From Massalongia carnosa (taxonomy: Eukaryota), in contig OZ287074.1 of NCBI GenBank assembly GCA_965645245.1, positions 930,001-994,000 on the forward strand: a stretch of 64,000 nucleotides of DNA, written 5' to 3'. Position numbers and translations under genes: made by a program. Shown piece by piece: positions 11,896 through 24,584 of this stretch (position 1 is the first letter of the stretch; each line of letters opens with the position of its first letter). The notes under the pieces were generated by a model. The model ran no database searches and was not told the origin of the DNA. It worked only from the letters and a program-made list of their open reading frames with translations.

Positions 11896-13903
11896 GGGCA
11901 GCTAGAGTCAAACTATTACTTCGTGGAGATGGCGAAGCTGTTGCCCAGGGTGAAGAGGAAAATATGATAGCTTTGTAACCCAGACAGGAGAGAACTGGTG
12001 ACATTGAAAGATTTCAACAAGAGCCTCTGAGGTTCTCTTCTTACAAACACTAAACTTAACAGCAGGCAGAAAATACACGAGTTGAGGGTGTGAGAAGTGA
12101 GCGGTGGCCATGGGATATCTGTACTCTCCTCTTATGTGCTCTAGACGCATGCAGCCCCAAAGAGTACTTGGTGGGAATGCAAGGTCAATTAAACACATCA
12201 CTCCATCACCAAGACAGACAAGATCGATTGCACACTTGCTTCATAGGAAAACTTTCCTGTCTTGCAAACCGAATGAATAAGCAAGGTACGGAGAACAGAT
12301 AGAGCAAAGGCAAACTTGCAAGAGACATAAGAATACAACCAAAAGAGCAACCAGATTAAAGGATTCAATTTTCCGCCACAATCGCTCCATTACACCAACA
12401 ATACACAAGCTGCATGAAGAAGCCCAGAGAAAGCACGGAGGAAGCAGAGCAAAGCACGAAGGAAACAAGGCAGAGCACGAACGAAGCAAAGAGGCTGCAA
12501 GAGCATGCAAGAAGGAGCCTGTTTCGACTTCAATTACTCTGTTGGGAGGCGCATAGAATTGAAAGAGTAGGGGTATAATCACAAAGGAGGTTTAGTAACT
12601 CGCATGATCAAATCGTTGTGGCTGCTTTGTGGCTGGCGATCGGTTTGAAAGGAAGGTAATCTTTTCAATAAAGCGTAACGATCACGTTCTTCATGAGCCT
12701 CACTCTTGTCGCATCACGATTAGACCTTTGAAAGCAAGTCTATTGTGCTCCTCTTGAAGGCGCTTCGATGATGGAGGCGTATTGCTGCTTCATGACAGCA
12801 TACCCGTTGCCCGGGTAGAGAAAGCCTCAAAACGCAAATGATGCATGTTGTTTGATAGCTGTAGACCTGTCATGATGAGGAGTGAAAGTTTCGTACTCGA
12901 TTGGAATGTATTGCAGAATCAAGGTTGGTGGTACTCGTACGTTTGTACTTAACCGTGCTAGGGATCGAACCATCCCTTGTAACATGATGTATATACAAAG
13001 TACATCCGCATCAGACGAGAAAGAAAAACCTTCCAGAATCGAGCTTGATTACGAGTACTCTCACATCATGATAACTATTCTCAATCAAAATGTCATGTAG
13101 GTGTGGGACATCACCACCCACGCATGGCCCACCCAACAACTCACCTACATGTTCATTTAATACACCCAACCCAAACCCTCATCCATACATATGCAGTTGC
13201 CATCCCTCCCATTGCAGGACATCATCTCCCCCCCCCCACCCTAAAACTAGGCGGCATTGCTTCCAGCCCCAAAAGGGCTCTCGACTACAAATCAATCTAA
13301 CCCGTTAAGAAAAACATAACAAAACTCCCCCATATCCCCCCTCTCTCCTTTCCCTAGAAGGTGGAGAAACTATGTTGTGAAATTTCTGATTGCTATCTAG
13401 TACATACAAACACGTACTCACGTACATATTACGTATCATTATCCCATTCGTCGTCCATTCGGTTTGGTAATTATCCACAAGAAGCAAGCAGGAGACGAAG
13501 GGGCGGAGAAAAAGGCCCCTTGATTTCATCTATCCCGTGCCCCTAGTGTGCCCGGCCATCCAGCGGTCCATCTAAATTTCGCTCCCTTCCCAGTCCGCCT
13601 ATCCCACCCATCCATCCATGATGGACTCCGACTCCCGTAAAGCTTCTTTCAAGGGAGATAGATTGTTGCTTATGCTGGAAGAAAGCTAGCAAGACTATCC
13701 ATACAAACCTACCACGACCACAAAAGAAAGGAAAAGGGGGGAAATTAAAAATAAACTCCGCGAAAATGAATATGGAAAAATAAGGAAAATTCGAAAAAAG
13801 ACCATCGATTTGTTTCTATGCTTGGGTCCTTGCTTTGTACAAAATTTGGGCTTCGAAAGAAGGTAATCTCCGAGAGAGGCGCGAAGAATAAGAAATAGAA
13901 CGA

Positions 13904-16900
13904 TCAGTGTTGATCCATGCGATGCAGTTTCTCACGCTCTACGTCGGTGAGGGAATGGTATTGGTTCTGAAAATCAGGTTCCGCTTCGACAGCGTGGAAA
14001 AATTCGACGAGATATTTCTGGGTTTCGTCGTCCCATTGGCGAGCGTTCCATTTGGATTCGTCCATGTAAGTCATAAGTTCTAGAACAAGTTTTAGTTTTA
14101 GTTTCAATTCAACATTCTTGCCCGTGTAGAAAAATATAGAATGTGAGGATGTGCAATATAACTTACCGGACCGAGTTTTAGGAGCTGCCAGATCTAGCAA
14201 AGTAGGCTCATCCTCCCAGTCGTCATCCTCGTCGTCGCTCCCACCGTTCTGAGTTCCAAGCGTGAGTCCAGGCGTGGTGGGACTCACAGGATTAGCCAGC
14301 TCCTGAATGAGAACCTTGACAAGCTTCAGGGGCACTGGGATGACGGACCACTGGTCGGGCTCCTTTTTAGCCTGGGAGCGGGTTTTGATCCGGGAGGTGT
14401 TCTGAACCACAAGGTCGCCCTGGACTTGAATGTTGTTGAGCCGATCATCGTGGAGCTTATAGATATTCGTCAATGCAATCACATTTTGGCGAATGGCGTC
14501 GTAGCCGGAAAATGTGGCTGAGTGGTCAAGCCACTTCCTCAAGACCACTTCCAATCCAGTCTGGCGGCCAGCGTCGGGAGCATCGACCTCGACTTGCGCA
14601 AGGAAGTCAATCACCTCGCGTGCGTTGGTCATGGACAAGCGGGCAAAGACAAGGACCAGATTTTGGATGAAATTGGCATGATCAGCGGTGCTGAGACGAA
14701 TCGCCACCACCCGAAGTAGCTGCATAAGATATGGGCCTAATTTCTCAGCGCCAGCCTTCTCAACCAACTCAACGGCTAGACCTCCGACTTCTGCTGCCGA
14801 AGCATCATCCACATCTGGTCCTAGCAAACGGTCAATGATGAGTAGGATAATTTCAAGGCCACCCTTGCCCGTCTCCGAATCTTGCCAATCAAACATTTGA
14901 ACAGGATCATGGGCCAAAATATGCTTGATCGTTACAGTAGCTGATTGATGCAGGCTGAAGTCTGCCTTTGAGAACAATAGTCGGTATAATTTCGGCATGA
15001 TCGTGGCGACAAAACCTGAAGGGAGTGGCTCGGGACCATTTTCTGCAAGACTTGACAACAGCGAGACAGCCATGTCACTGAGAGCGCTGACTGCTGTCAT
15101 GTCACCGACGTCAAGGGCTCCTGTCAAGGTTGGCAAGACCTTGGCGCACAACTGCGCATAAGCATCTGGGCCTTTTGATGCCATTGACGAAGTAATCGAT
15201 TCAAAAGCTTCATTGACGAGCATTGTAGTCTGCCAACTACCAGCTCCATAAGATGCCATGGTGAAGAGAACATCAAGCGCCGGATGCTCCAAGCACAGAC
15301 TCGGATCAGCCATGATCGCGTCACGCAGGGTTTCGACAAGGGTATCTAGCAAATCTGGGCTCTCTGCGATATCGTTGAGATCTTGGGAAGACAGAAATTT
15401 CGAGATGGCGGCCACCGTTTGCACCTGGAACTCGCGAGCATTTGAAGAGGGCAGCGCCTTTAGATACTCCTGCATGACTCGAATACACGACACTTTCACG
15501 ATATCTGATGGATCATTGTCGATGGCATTGAGCGATTGCTGCGCAAATTCGGGTATTGCCTCAAGTAACGATTCTCCTAAGACGGTTGTCAATGCGCCGG
15601 CCACAATGAATGCACGAGCTCGTAGGAAGTCATCCCCTACAACGACATCAGCTAAGTTGCAGGCTAAAACAGAGGGGTAGTGTTGACGGTTTTGCTGCGG
15701 TGATCTTTTGGTGATCGGCTTTGGCAAAAGGGGGTTATACTTACGGTCTTGCATTGAAATACGGATATAATTCAGAAACAATCCTGCAGAATCAGGATTT
15801 ATAGGTTTATCATAAGTACTCACCTCGGCCAAGACGTGCTTTAGAATATATAATGTGGATTCTTTACTCTTTGGTCTGTGGTCTTGTGTCAGTCTTGTTG
15901 TGCTCGAGGACAATAGGAGTTGACCTTACGTTGATGATGGGTCTTCGAAGAGGGCTTTGCCATATGTCAAAAGACTCTCGAAGACTGGCCACGCGCAAAG
16001 TTTAGCAATGAAATTCGAGCAAGCGTCGCGCGGCGAGTAGTTTGCGGTCTCGGAGGTTTCTTCCGACAGGAAGATGTTGATATCAATATCCCAGAGCCCT
16101 TCATCTTCCATGGTGATCTGCGCGTAGCCCACCAGAATGGGCATCACCTGAGCAATCCACGTGCTATTGTAGGCTCCGTTCGTCATTTTTTCAGGTGTCA
16201 ATTGCGCATCTAGCTCGCGTCTTAGTGTGGCGGTGTTCAATAGGGTTTGTATGTAGTCCAACTCCTCGATCACCAAAAAGTCCAGGGTGTAAGGCAGGCG
16301 ATCTGCATCCTCCAGCCGACCTTGTCTATTTTCAATCACATACAGAGCATGATATGGCCCCAGATGTGCCTGTAGCCCCTCCCAGATTGTGCTGAACAGT
16401 TCCAACGTACGGGCACTCAGGAGCTGGGGGAACATGTTCTGGATCTTGTCTAAGGCCTGAGTGCCATTTAGCGACGATCACCCAAGATGATATATATTTA
16501 AGAACCTACCTTGACCACCTGCGTCTTCAACGCAATCACTCCTCTCCAGCTAGTCACCGCAGGGCCCCCTTGATCCTCTTCCTCCTCACTTGGCAGATAA
16601 GGCAGCGGCATCTTGAGGACATCGATAAAAAAAGGCAACCAAGCGTCGGAGGATTCCTGCATGAACTGCTTCACCGAAGACTTGTTGGTCTGGTACACCA
16701 GCTCCATTGTATCGAAACATGCCCGGAAGATGGAGACGGCCAACGCCCTTGCGGTCAATTTGTTGGACCCATCGATCGCGACGTCGTATATACACTTGAC
16801 CAATCCGACGGCACTCTCGGAGAATTGGTCCTCATCAAAGCCATCCTCTACCAAATTCCCCAGCACCACCAGCGCCCCGTGCAGCTGGGCCTCGTCCGTG

Positions 16901-17334
16901 CGCGAAACCAACTGGAGCAGCGTACGCAGAAGATTTGGCCACGCTTCCGGGAAATCTGCACTGGCGATTTTGCTCACCACATAACTGGCCGCGGCGACAA
17001 TCTTCCTCTCTGGATCTCCGCTGGTGGCGAGGGAAAGTATAGCCTGCCGCAGCTGATCCTTCGTCGCGTCTCCAAGCGTGACGGGGCCTTGGAATTCCTC
17101 CAGCGTTGGCGACCATGTCTTCAGCACCACCTTTTTCAGTGACAACAAGGCCGCTTGTCTGATGTCAATGGGAACGGACTCGTGCGAAGCGATGGAGATT
17201 AATGAGAGTGGGAAGGATTCGTTCGTGTAAAGCTGCTCTAAGTGGCACTCCGCGTCGTTTCGAAGTGCAGCAGCCGACTCGAGGGTCGCGGCTAGGAGGT
17301 CCACTACTTGTTGCTCCATGGTTGGTATCATCAA
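13904..17334 (-). CDS. KAP114: Importin-9 / Kap114 (importin-beta family)
   Basis: IBN_N-like start (MEQQVVDLLAATL...IRQAALLSLKKVVLKTWS; SKIASADFPEAWPNL), HEAT-repeat body, and the IKTRSQAKKEPDQWSVIPVPLKLVKVL motif followed by an acidic loop DDEDDDWED. Several short introns. Confidence 0.85.
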
Positions 17335-17652
17335 TGGATTGAGTTATGAGGAGAAGAAGCGTCCGTCTGTGGCGGGTTCTGTACAAAATGTGGTGTTGTA
17401 TAGCTTGATACACCGATACGCGTTGGATGAAGTGGCGTTGGGCAAGTGGGACGCTCTAAGCTCCAAGTGCTGTATAGTGGGTGGATTAGTGGTGGGTAGT
17501 ACAAATAGGGACGCACCTTCTATCGATGGTCCCGATTTCTGGTGATACCTTAATTCTTCGGCGTTCACATCGAGGAAACGACGAGCGAATGTTTGTCGGA
17601 GGGCATTGGGAGGGCATAGGGATATCTAACTTATCGCGTTTTTTGAACAACC

Positions 17653-18946
17653 ATGTCGTCGCATAACCACGACGGCACAGTCCTCGATACCTACCAGGCG
17701 GTCGTCTCGGCGTTCAGCGATTTCTTAATCGTCGCGATCCACACCATCCTCTATGAACGAGACATCTACCCAAAGACGTCGTTTCTCAAGGCCCGGAAAT
17801 ATAACCATCCAGTGAGGCAGAGCAGGCACCCTAAAGTCTGCCAATGGATTCAAGATGCTATCGCGGCAGTGGAGGTGGAGATGCTGAAGGTATAGTATCT
17901 TTCTGACTTCAAATGCATTACACGGTTTCCAATGCAAGGTTTCCATGCAGAATAAGAATGATTTTCCATTTATCTACTTGTGTCCAAGCTGGTTTATTTC
18001 TTCCCTTTCTGGTACTTGGATACATATTTGAACTTTAGCATGACATCAATCATGACATATAAGAACCCTCGGCAATAAATTCGAGTCATTCACAAAATAA
18101 TCTCTTTTCCATTCATCTATGCAAAGTTCCACGGTTCTTCAATCATACATCTTACTTCTATCTACCTATACATATCTTTCCTCCAAAAAACTCACAAAAA
18201 TCTCCCGCTAACCCCTCCAGTGTACAATAAGCAGTACATCCCTCGTCCTCTCCTCCCCACCCCCCCTCTCTCAACCCCTAGAACGCTACACATTCTCTAC
18301 CGCCTCCTTCCCCCAAGTCCCCCCCTCGGAGCACCTCACGCCCTTCAGCCCCTCTCCCCTTCCTGACCCCAACCTATCCACCACCACCGCAAATCCGAAT
18401 CCAAATCTACCAACATCAACAACAGCAAAAACTCCCCTCTCCCCTCCCTTTCCCCCTACCCAAAACCTTCCTGTGCAATTCCGCGCCACTCTCTCCCGGC
18501 TCTCTAGCCTCCTCCCCTCCCTCTCCCCCCTGCCGCCCGAAAGCACCTACACCCTCGCCATCGAACTACGTCCTAGCGCCGACCCCCCGATCGGGGTCGC
18601 AGTACGGAACGAACGGCCATGGATCGCAGCTGAGCCGGGCATGCAGCAGCAGGGCGGGGTGCAACAGAACCGGCAAGATGACAGTAAAGAAAAGCACCCG
18701 GAGTCACCCAGCGATGGGGAAAGCCAACTCCTTGAGAAAGGGGACGGGGGCAAATCCCCAGAAGCAGCGAACATGGCTGCAGTAGCAGGCAGAAAGGGTC
18801 TACAAAGCGTACGCATGATGCCCGTGCGCAGTGTCGAAGCAGGCGCGTTCATGATGGAGGTGTGGGTCGAGGAGGGAAAGGGGAAATTGGCTTTAGATCG
18901 GGCTCAGGCTCAGGCTCAGGCTGATGATGGAAACGGCGGGGGTTGA
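17653..18946 (+). CDS. REV7: DNA polymerase zeta accessory subunit Rev7 (HORMA domain)
   Basis: FLIVAIHTILYERDIYPKTSFLKARKYNHPVRQSRHPKVCQWI. Intron 17890-18220 (GTATAG...GCTAAC...CAG). Exon 2 carries PLERYTFS, QFRATLSRL and PVRSVEAG. Confidence 0.88.
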
Positions 18947-19431
18947 ATAATGGATTGTGAGGGGATGGAGGGAGGAGCAAGAAGGGGGGAAGGAGTGGCA
19001 AATATTCAGATCCAAGACCAAGGTTTATTATTTCCTGATGAAAAAAGTGAAAAGAAAGAAAAGGGCGCCAGAAATAGTGTGTAGAGAGGATGTGAGGGAG
19101 AATGAGGGGTTTTGATAAATCAGGAAGGAATATGAGCGAAAGAGAGCGTCGCCCTCTAGACGGGACCACCAATAGTTATGTGAAAAAGTGCTCACGCTCG
19201 TAGGCACTGCACTTTGAGCAAGTGTTGTATCCAGCAGGCAAGTCTTTAGCCTCCTGAAAAGTTTACATTAAGGAACAATACTCTATCTGTCCGTACTCAT
19301 GCACGCCATGCATCACCTTTCAACTCCTTAATTAAATGCCCCCCCCCCTCGTACTTCCGAAAGAACCCGATTCCCGTGGCTATCTAACCACTAGGAAGCT
19401 CCACAGATTCTGTCCTAGAAACGCTGCCCAC

Positions 19432-21964
19432 TTAATGTGCTGTCCTCCCTCTCCCACCAATCTGCTCCACGTTGGCCCAATGGCCAAAATCATCCCCATC
19501 GTTAACGTCATCCCGTAGCCAGTTGCCGAAAAGGTTGTCCACATCCACCCTTGCGTTCCTCGGCGCCAATCCCGCCGGTTGGAAACCAGCAATCCCGCGC
19601 GCATTCCTGGCATATGCTTGCGCTCCTACCGCAAGTCCTGGGTGGAAATGGGCGATGTTATTATATGCGTCGAGTCGCCTCTGGGCCACACGGCCGGCCT
19701 CGTGGCGTATGGCTTGTAGCCGTAGTTCGTGCGCGGTTTGTCGAGCGCGATTTTCGGCCTCGGCACGACGGGCGTTGGTGGCAATTTGGTCGTCTAGTTG
19801 CTGTAGGGCGATGCGGCGGCGTTCATCGTAGGCGGCGTGGTGGTGGCCTGGTTGTGCTAGAGGTGCTTGCTCGTGGGGCCGATGATGGTAGGGTACGGGA
19901 CCATGGGGTTGGACGTAGTGGTTAGGGCGCACGCCTTCCATGAAGGGGATGCCGTAGAGTTGCAGCAGACGGGCTGGGTCTCGTATACCCCCATCTGGTG
20001 GGAATGGGATGGCGTTGGGAGGATGGCCAGGGATGAAGGCAGCGAACCCCGGAGGAGGTTGATGAGGCCGGCTCACGGGCGAAGCTGTGCTCTCGGCGAA
20101 TTTAATCTCGAGGTCTTCGGCGGTGATGTTAGGGTTCTCTTGGCGAATTTTGTTCATGGCTTCCGCTTCAGCCTTTTCGACCTCTTTGTTGCGGCGGACC
20201 TGGAAGTTGTCATAGGTGGGACATTTCTTGCCGGTGCCACCACCCGCAGCCGCACCGTCGAAGTGGACGTAACCGACGCCGGATATGTCCTTGCCGCAGT
20301 AGTCACATAGCATTCCGCCGCAAGTGCAGATGACCTTGTTGCAGCCGTCTTCTTTGAGAATCTTGACACCGCACTTGGGACACGTCCGGAGAAGCGCCGA
20401 GGTTCTCGCTTCCTCCACCGCATGGCGCTCGCTGATGCCATTTTCCTTTTTCGATTCTTCGCAAGTCAGAGGGAGGTGGGACTCCCGCTTGCACAGCCGG
20501 CAGGAAATCCTTTCGCATTCGGGGTTCCGGCATCGAAATTCTCTGTCAACGCTTGTAGGAGGGCAAATCGCAGCGAAGTCGCAGAATGGGCAAGAGGATA
20601 GATTAGGCAACTCAGCCTGCCTAAGCTCAGTTTGCTGCTGGATACGCTCCAGGGTTTCGATGGATTTGGCAACTAGGAACCTTTGCTTTTGCTCACGACT
20701 AAAAGTAGCATGGCAGCCACTCCCATCCATGCATGTAAGTTGATAGTGTGAGTTGCCTATTTCGTTCTTTGCATTGCTGCTGGCACATTCTAGGCAAAAA
20801 AAGTGCGGTTCATCGCCATCGCAGTGGGTAATTTTGTTTATGGGGTAGGTATCGAAGCAACATTGGCATTCCAGGACATCTCCATTTTCTCGATACTCCT
20901 GATCAGTCGCAGCTTCGGCTGCGGCAGCATCTCGTTTCAGCTGCCGTTTAACTGTATTTTATCAGGCCAATGGACTCTTTTATTCACTAAAAAAACATTC
21001 GGGAGTGTTAAGTATATCGACGTACCTTCTTCCTTCGTCCGCTTCTTTCTCGCGGCTTCAACCTCTTTCCTTAGTTCTGATACTCCATACCCGGTAGCTT
21101 CCATTTCGTTAAGCCGAGCAAAAGTGTTTGACTTAGGTTTTCGTGGCGACTTTAGCCTTGTATAAGGCGGTGTGGCCGTATCAACGTATGTATACTCCGC
21201 AAGGTCAAGAGCAAGGTAAGTCGCGTAGAAGTTGCCGGAAAGCTTTAATTGAAAGTCGATGAACTTGCTGGGAATATTGACAAACTCTTCTTGGAGAACC
21301 GCGCGCCTGGAGGATGAGCAATAGTTAGTTAACGTTGATCCTTTTGAAGTGATGATACCGTTTTGAGCCACGGGTGAACTGTAAGTTTTTCGATTGTATC
21401 CACCCTTACACATATACCTACAACAACCTCGGCGAGTCATCGTCAACGAAGCTGTGGAGTCACGTACGCTTCGACAAAGTATAGATTTATCTCCTGTCCA
21501 CGCTCTACGGCTTTCCATCGAGCTGCCTCTTCCTCATCGCTACTTAGCACTTCCGTTCTCTTTCGTTTAAGTTCATTGATCCGGTCCTTCTCTTTGGGAT
21601 ATGCCTTCCCATCAAGGATCTGTAAAATGAGTTCCTGCGCAATATCCGCTCTTCGTAGTTCATGGTCCAAGCTTTGTACCCGAGTATCGTATAGCTGTCG
21701 GACATGCTCATGAGAAATGTCTGGAAAAACTTCAAGTACCTCGGTCAGACATGTTTCGTAGTCTCCGGGGGCATCTACTTGAACTGTCCACGGAGCTGGA
21801 GAATAAGCATCATCCAAGCGTGGCAGAGCGAAGCCTCCAATCTGTTCGTTGTCAAACGCGTTTTCAAATTCATCCAAAGCTAGCAAGTCCTCTGCTGATG
21901 GGCCTAGGTCATCGGAATCCGAGTCGATTTCGATGATCTCTCTCTGGGTCGGAATTGCTTGCAT
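19432..21964 (-). CDS. RBR E3 ubiquitin ligase, RNF216/TRIAD3-like (CUE-like domain + RING1-IBR-RING2)
   Basis: RING1 ECQCCF...HFFCLEC...CMDGSGC; IBR CPFCDFAAIC...CRNPECERISCRLC...H...C; RING2 CPKC...DGCNKVICTCGGMLCDYC with the catalytic Cys; VLEVFPDISHEHV is CUE-like. The start could lie further upstream (~22114). Confidence 0.85.
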
Positions 21965-23159
21965 TCTGACACGCGCCGACTCAGATCTTAGATGTGAACA
22001 GGACGTATTATTAAATGGGCAGTACCCCCAAATATTGTTGACGCTGTCGCTCCGAGTTATCCGAAAGCGCGGATTTGGTAGTTGGCCGAGTAATTTCGTT
22101 GTCGAAGGCCACACGGTATAACGCTCCAGCTGCTGCTGGGTGTCTCAAAGAATTCTGATCTGAACGCGGACGGTTTGAGCTCATGCAAGTGTATGGAAGC
22201 CTTGCCGAAGGTAAAATAATCAATTTCAGCAAAGGGGGCGTTGCTTGTAAAGGCTTATAGTCACAATCGGCCAAGCCAGAATGTCCAAGGCCATGCCGAG
22301 CCCACCACTACCAACGTGTTGTGGTAGTGCTAGCCCTCGTGCTTGTGCGCAAGTGAATGAGAGAAATACTCGACAAAAGTACAGCACTCAAGTATACGTG
22401 AAAGGATTGGCCTATGAACGTTGTAGCTGCACGAAATCCCACAATTGCGCTTCAGGTCAATCAACGGGTTCTCAAACGTAGTCTCCTCTATAGCATCAGG
22501 CCGAGAGTAGCAAATTCCAATTACAAGCCACCAGGCACGAACCACACAGTATGGGTTGCAGGGAGTGAAACCCCACAGTTTGAAGCAATTCGAACAATTC
22601 AAACCTTGCAGTGCGCGTCATGAGGCAAATTCGAAAAGATAAGTTATGAAGTATGAAAATGCCTTGGGGTTAATAAAACCCATCACTCTGTTAACTGATA
22701 CATGAATGGTGATGTTGTTACAGTACTCACCAAACTTCACGAATCTATCTCTAAGAAACCTTTTGCATTATCGAAACGACCATAGATATGACGCTAACCA
22801 TGTTTGTCCTTCATTTGGTTCATTTACAGAGGTACGAGACTGTGCCATCTCAGACCTGAGATTAATTTGCTACTACTTTTCATTTGCTTACTATTTGGCT
22901 TGCTATTTTTTCATGCGAATCTTAAAATATCTCAGATTTCTGCTCCGGACCTGCTGCGCTTCGCTTCGCAACGGCCCTGCGCCATCTCCTTGCCACCCGT
23001 CAAGGCATCTGTCAAAGCATCTTTCAAATAGTCTCCCAGATAGCCTCCGCTGATTGTAATAAGGCCCCACATCTAGCTCCTAAATAGCCTTCAAATAGTC
23101 TCTGCCGCTTTTCAAAAAGCCTCCCTTTTTTCCCTGAAAATTCCACCTCGACATTTTTT

Positions 23160-24055
23160 TGTCTGCTACTCAGAACACCGTTTATCTACCATCTAGACCA
23201 CCTTTTGTCAATCATCCAAACCATCTCTTGATCACCGTCCTGACCACCTTTTCACCACCACCCTGATCACACTTTGATCGTCACCCGTATTACTTTTTGT
23301 CCACCCTCCAGACTATCTTCTGTCCATCGTCCAGATCAACTGACAGATCATCGTCCAGACCACCTTTTAATCATCACCCAGATCACCTTTTGTCCATCAT
23401 TCAGACCCTCTTTGACCACTATTCATATCATCTTTTGTTCATCACTCATATCATCTATTGACCAATGTTCATATCATCTTTTGTCCACCTGCAAGACCAC
23501 CTTTTGACCATCACTCAGCCACCTTTTGATCACTATTCAGATCCCCTTTTTTCCACCTCCCATATCATCTTTTGTCCACCTGTCAGATCATCTTTTGTTC
23601 ATCGTCTTGACCAACTTCTGATCATCACCCAGACCATCTTTTGTCCACCACTAATAACCTTTTTTTCACCTGTCAGGCCAACTTTTGTTCATCACCCAGA
23701 TCACCTTTTGTCCATCGTCCAGACCACCTTTTGACCACCTTTTGACAACCTTTTGTCCATCATCTAGACCACCTTTTGTCCACCTGTCAGGCCACATTTT
23801 GTCCACCTGCCGGACCACCTTTTGTCCACCCCTTATATCACCTTTTGATCATCGTCCAGACCACCTGCTAGACCACCTTTTGTCCACCTGCCAGACCACC
23901 TTTTGTCCACCTGTCAGACCACCTTTTGTCCATCCCTCATATCAACTTTTGATCATAATCCAGACCACCAGCCAGACCACCTTTTATCTATCACCCAGAC
24001 CACCTTTTTTCTACCTGCCAGATCACCTTTTGTCCACCGCTAATATCACCTTTTA
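23160..24055. repeat. Degenerate ~23-bp minisatellite, consensus CAGACCACCTTTTGTCCACCTGC, roughly 35-40 units
   Basis: Recurring (GA/AT)CCACCTTTTG(T/A)CCA core at ~23-bp period; + strand almost free of G; the period is not a multiple of 3 and the ORFs in all frames are low-complexity. Confidence 0.9.
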
Positions 24056-24584
24056 ACATGAAAACCTCAAATAACGACCACATCTCACGGCCCACAACGG
24101 GCGTAAAAGAACGTAGTTTTCGCGATACGGATTGATATCCACAGGATCAGTTGATCTACCAAGTTTGACGAAGTGAAACGGTCCGGTACGGTGGAGGCAA
24201 GAGGGGAGTTTTTGGTCCTGTCCGCACGACGTCCTCTCCGCATTAAACGGTAATTCAGTACTATAGATATATTGCTAGACGTGATCACCTTTCATAATGG
24301 ACTTAACGAACGATAGAAATGCTCTGCTACACAGCTGCCTCCAGTCTACCTCACACGTGGGTACATGTCTATTCTCCTCATCTATGTATTTTGCAAAACA
24401 AAACTTGGTTCAAAAAAAGTCCCTCCGTCGGCTGGAAGCGGCTTACAGCGGCTTAATCACAGGCAGGTTCTGTTGGCAAAACAAAGTGATTTTCCCAACC
24501 AACATTTCAGCTCCACAGCTCCCTGCACCTTGTTTCTTAACGATTTTAGGAAATTGCACTGGTTTAGCCTGTTCGCCGTAAGTA

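Noticed and set aside
12290..12560. Purine-rich 21-bp-period stretch encoding KHGGSRA/KHEGNKA/EHERSKE
   Set aside because: Could be a relic coiled-coil gene, but it is interrupted by stops and has no definable start or family.
13090..13310. His/Pro-rich short ORFs
   Set aside because: Explained by the local C-rich compositional skew downstream of KAP114.
23160..24055. CRISPR-like array or repeat-protein gene
   Set aside because: Units are contiguous and degenerate with no unique spacers, there are no cas genes, and the context is eukaryotic. The 23-bp period rotates the reading frame, so the ORFs are by-products.
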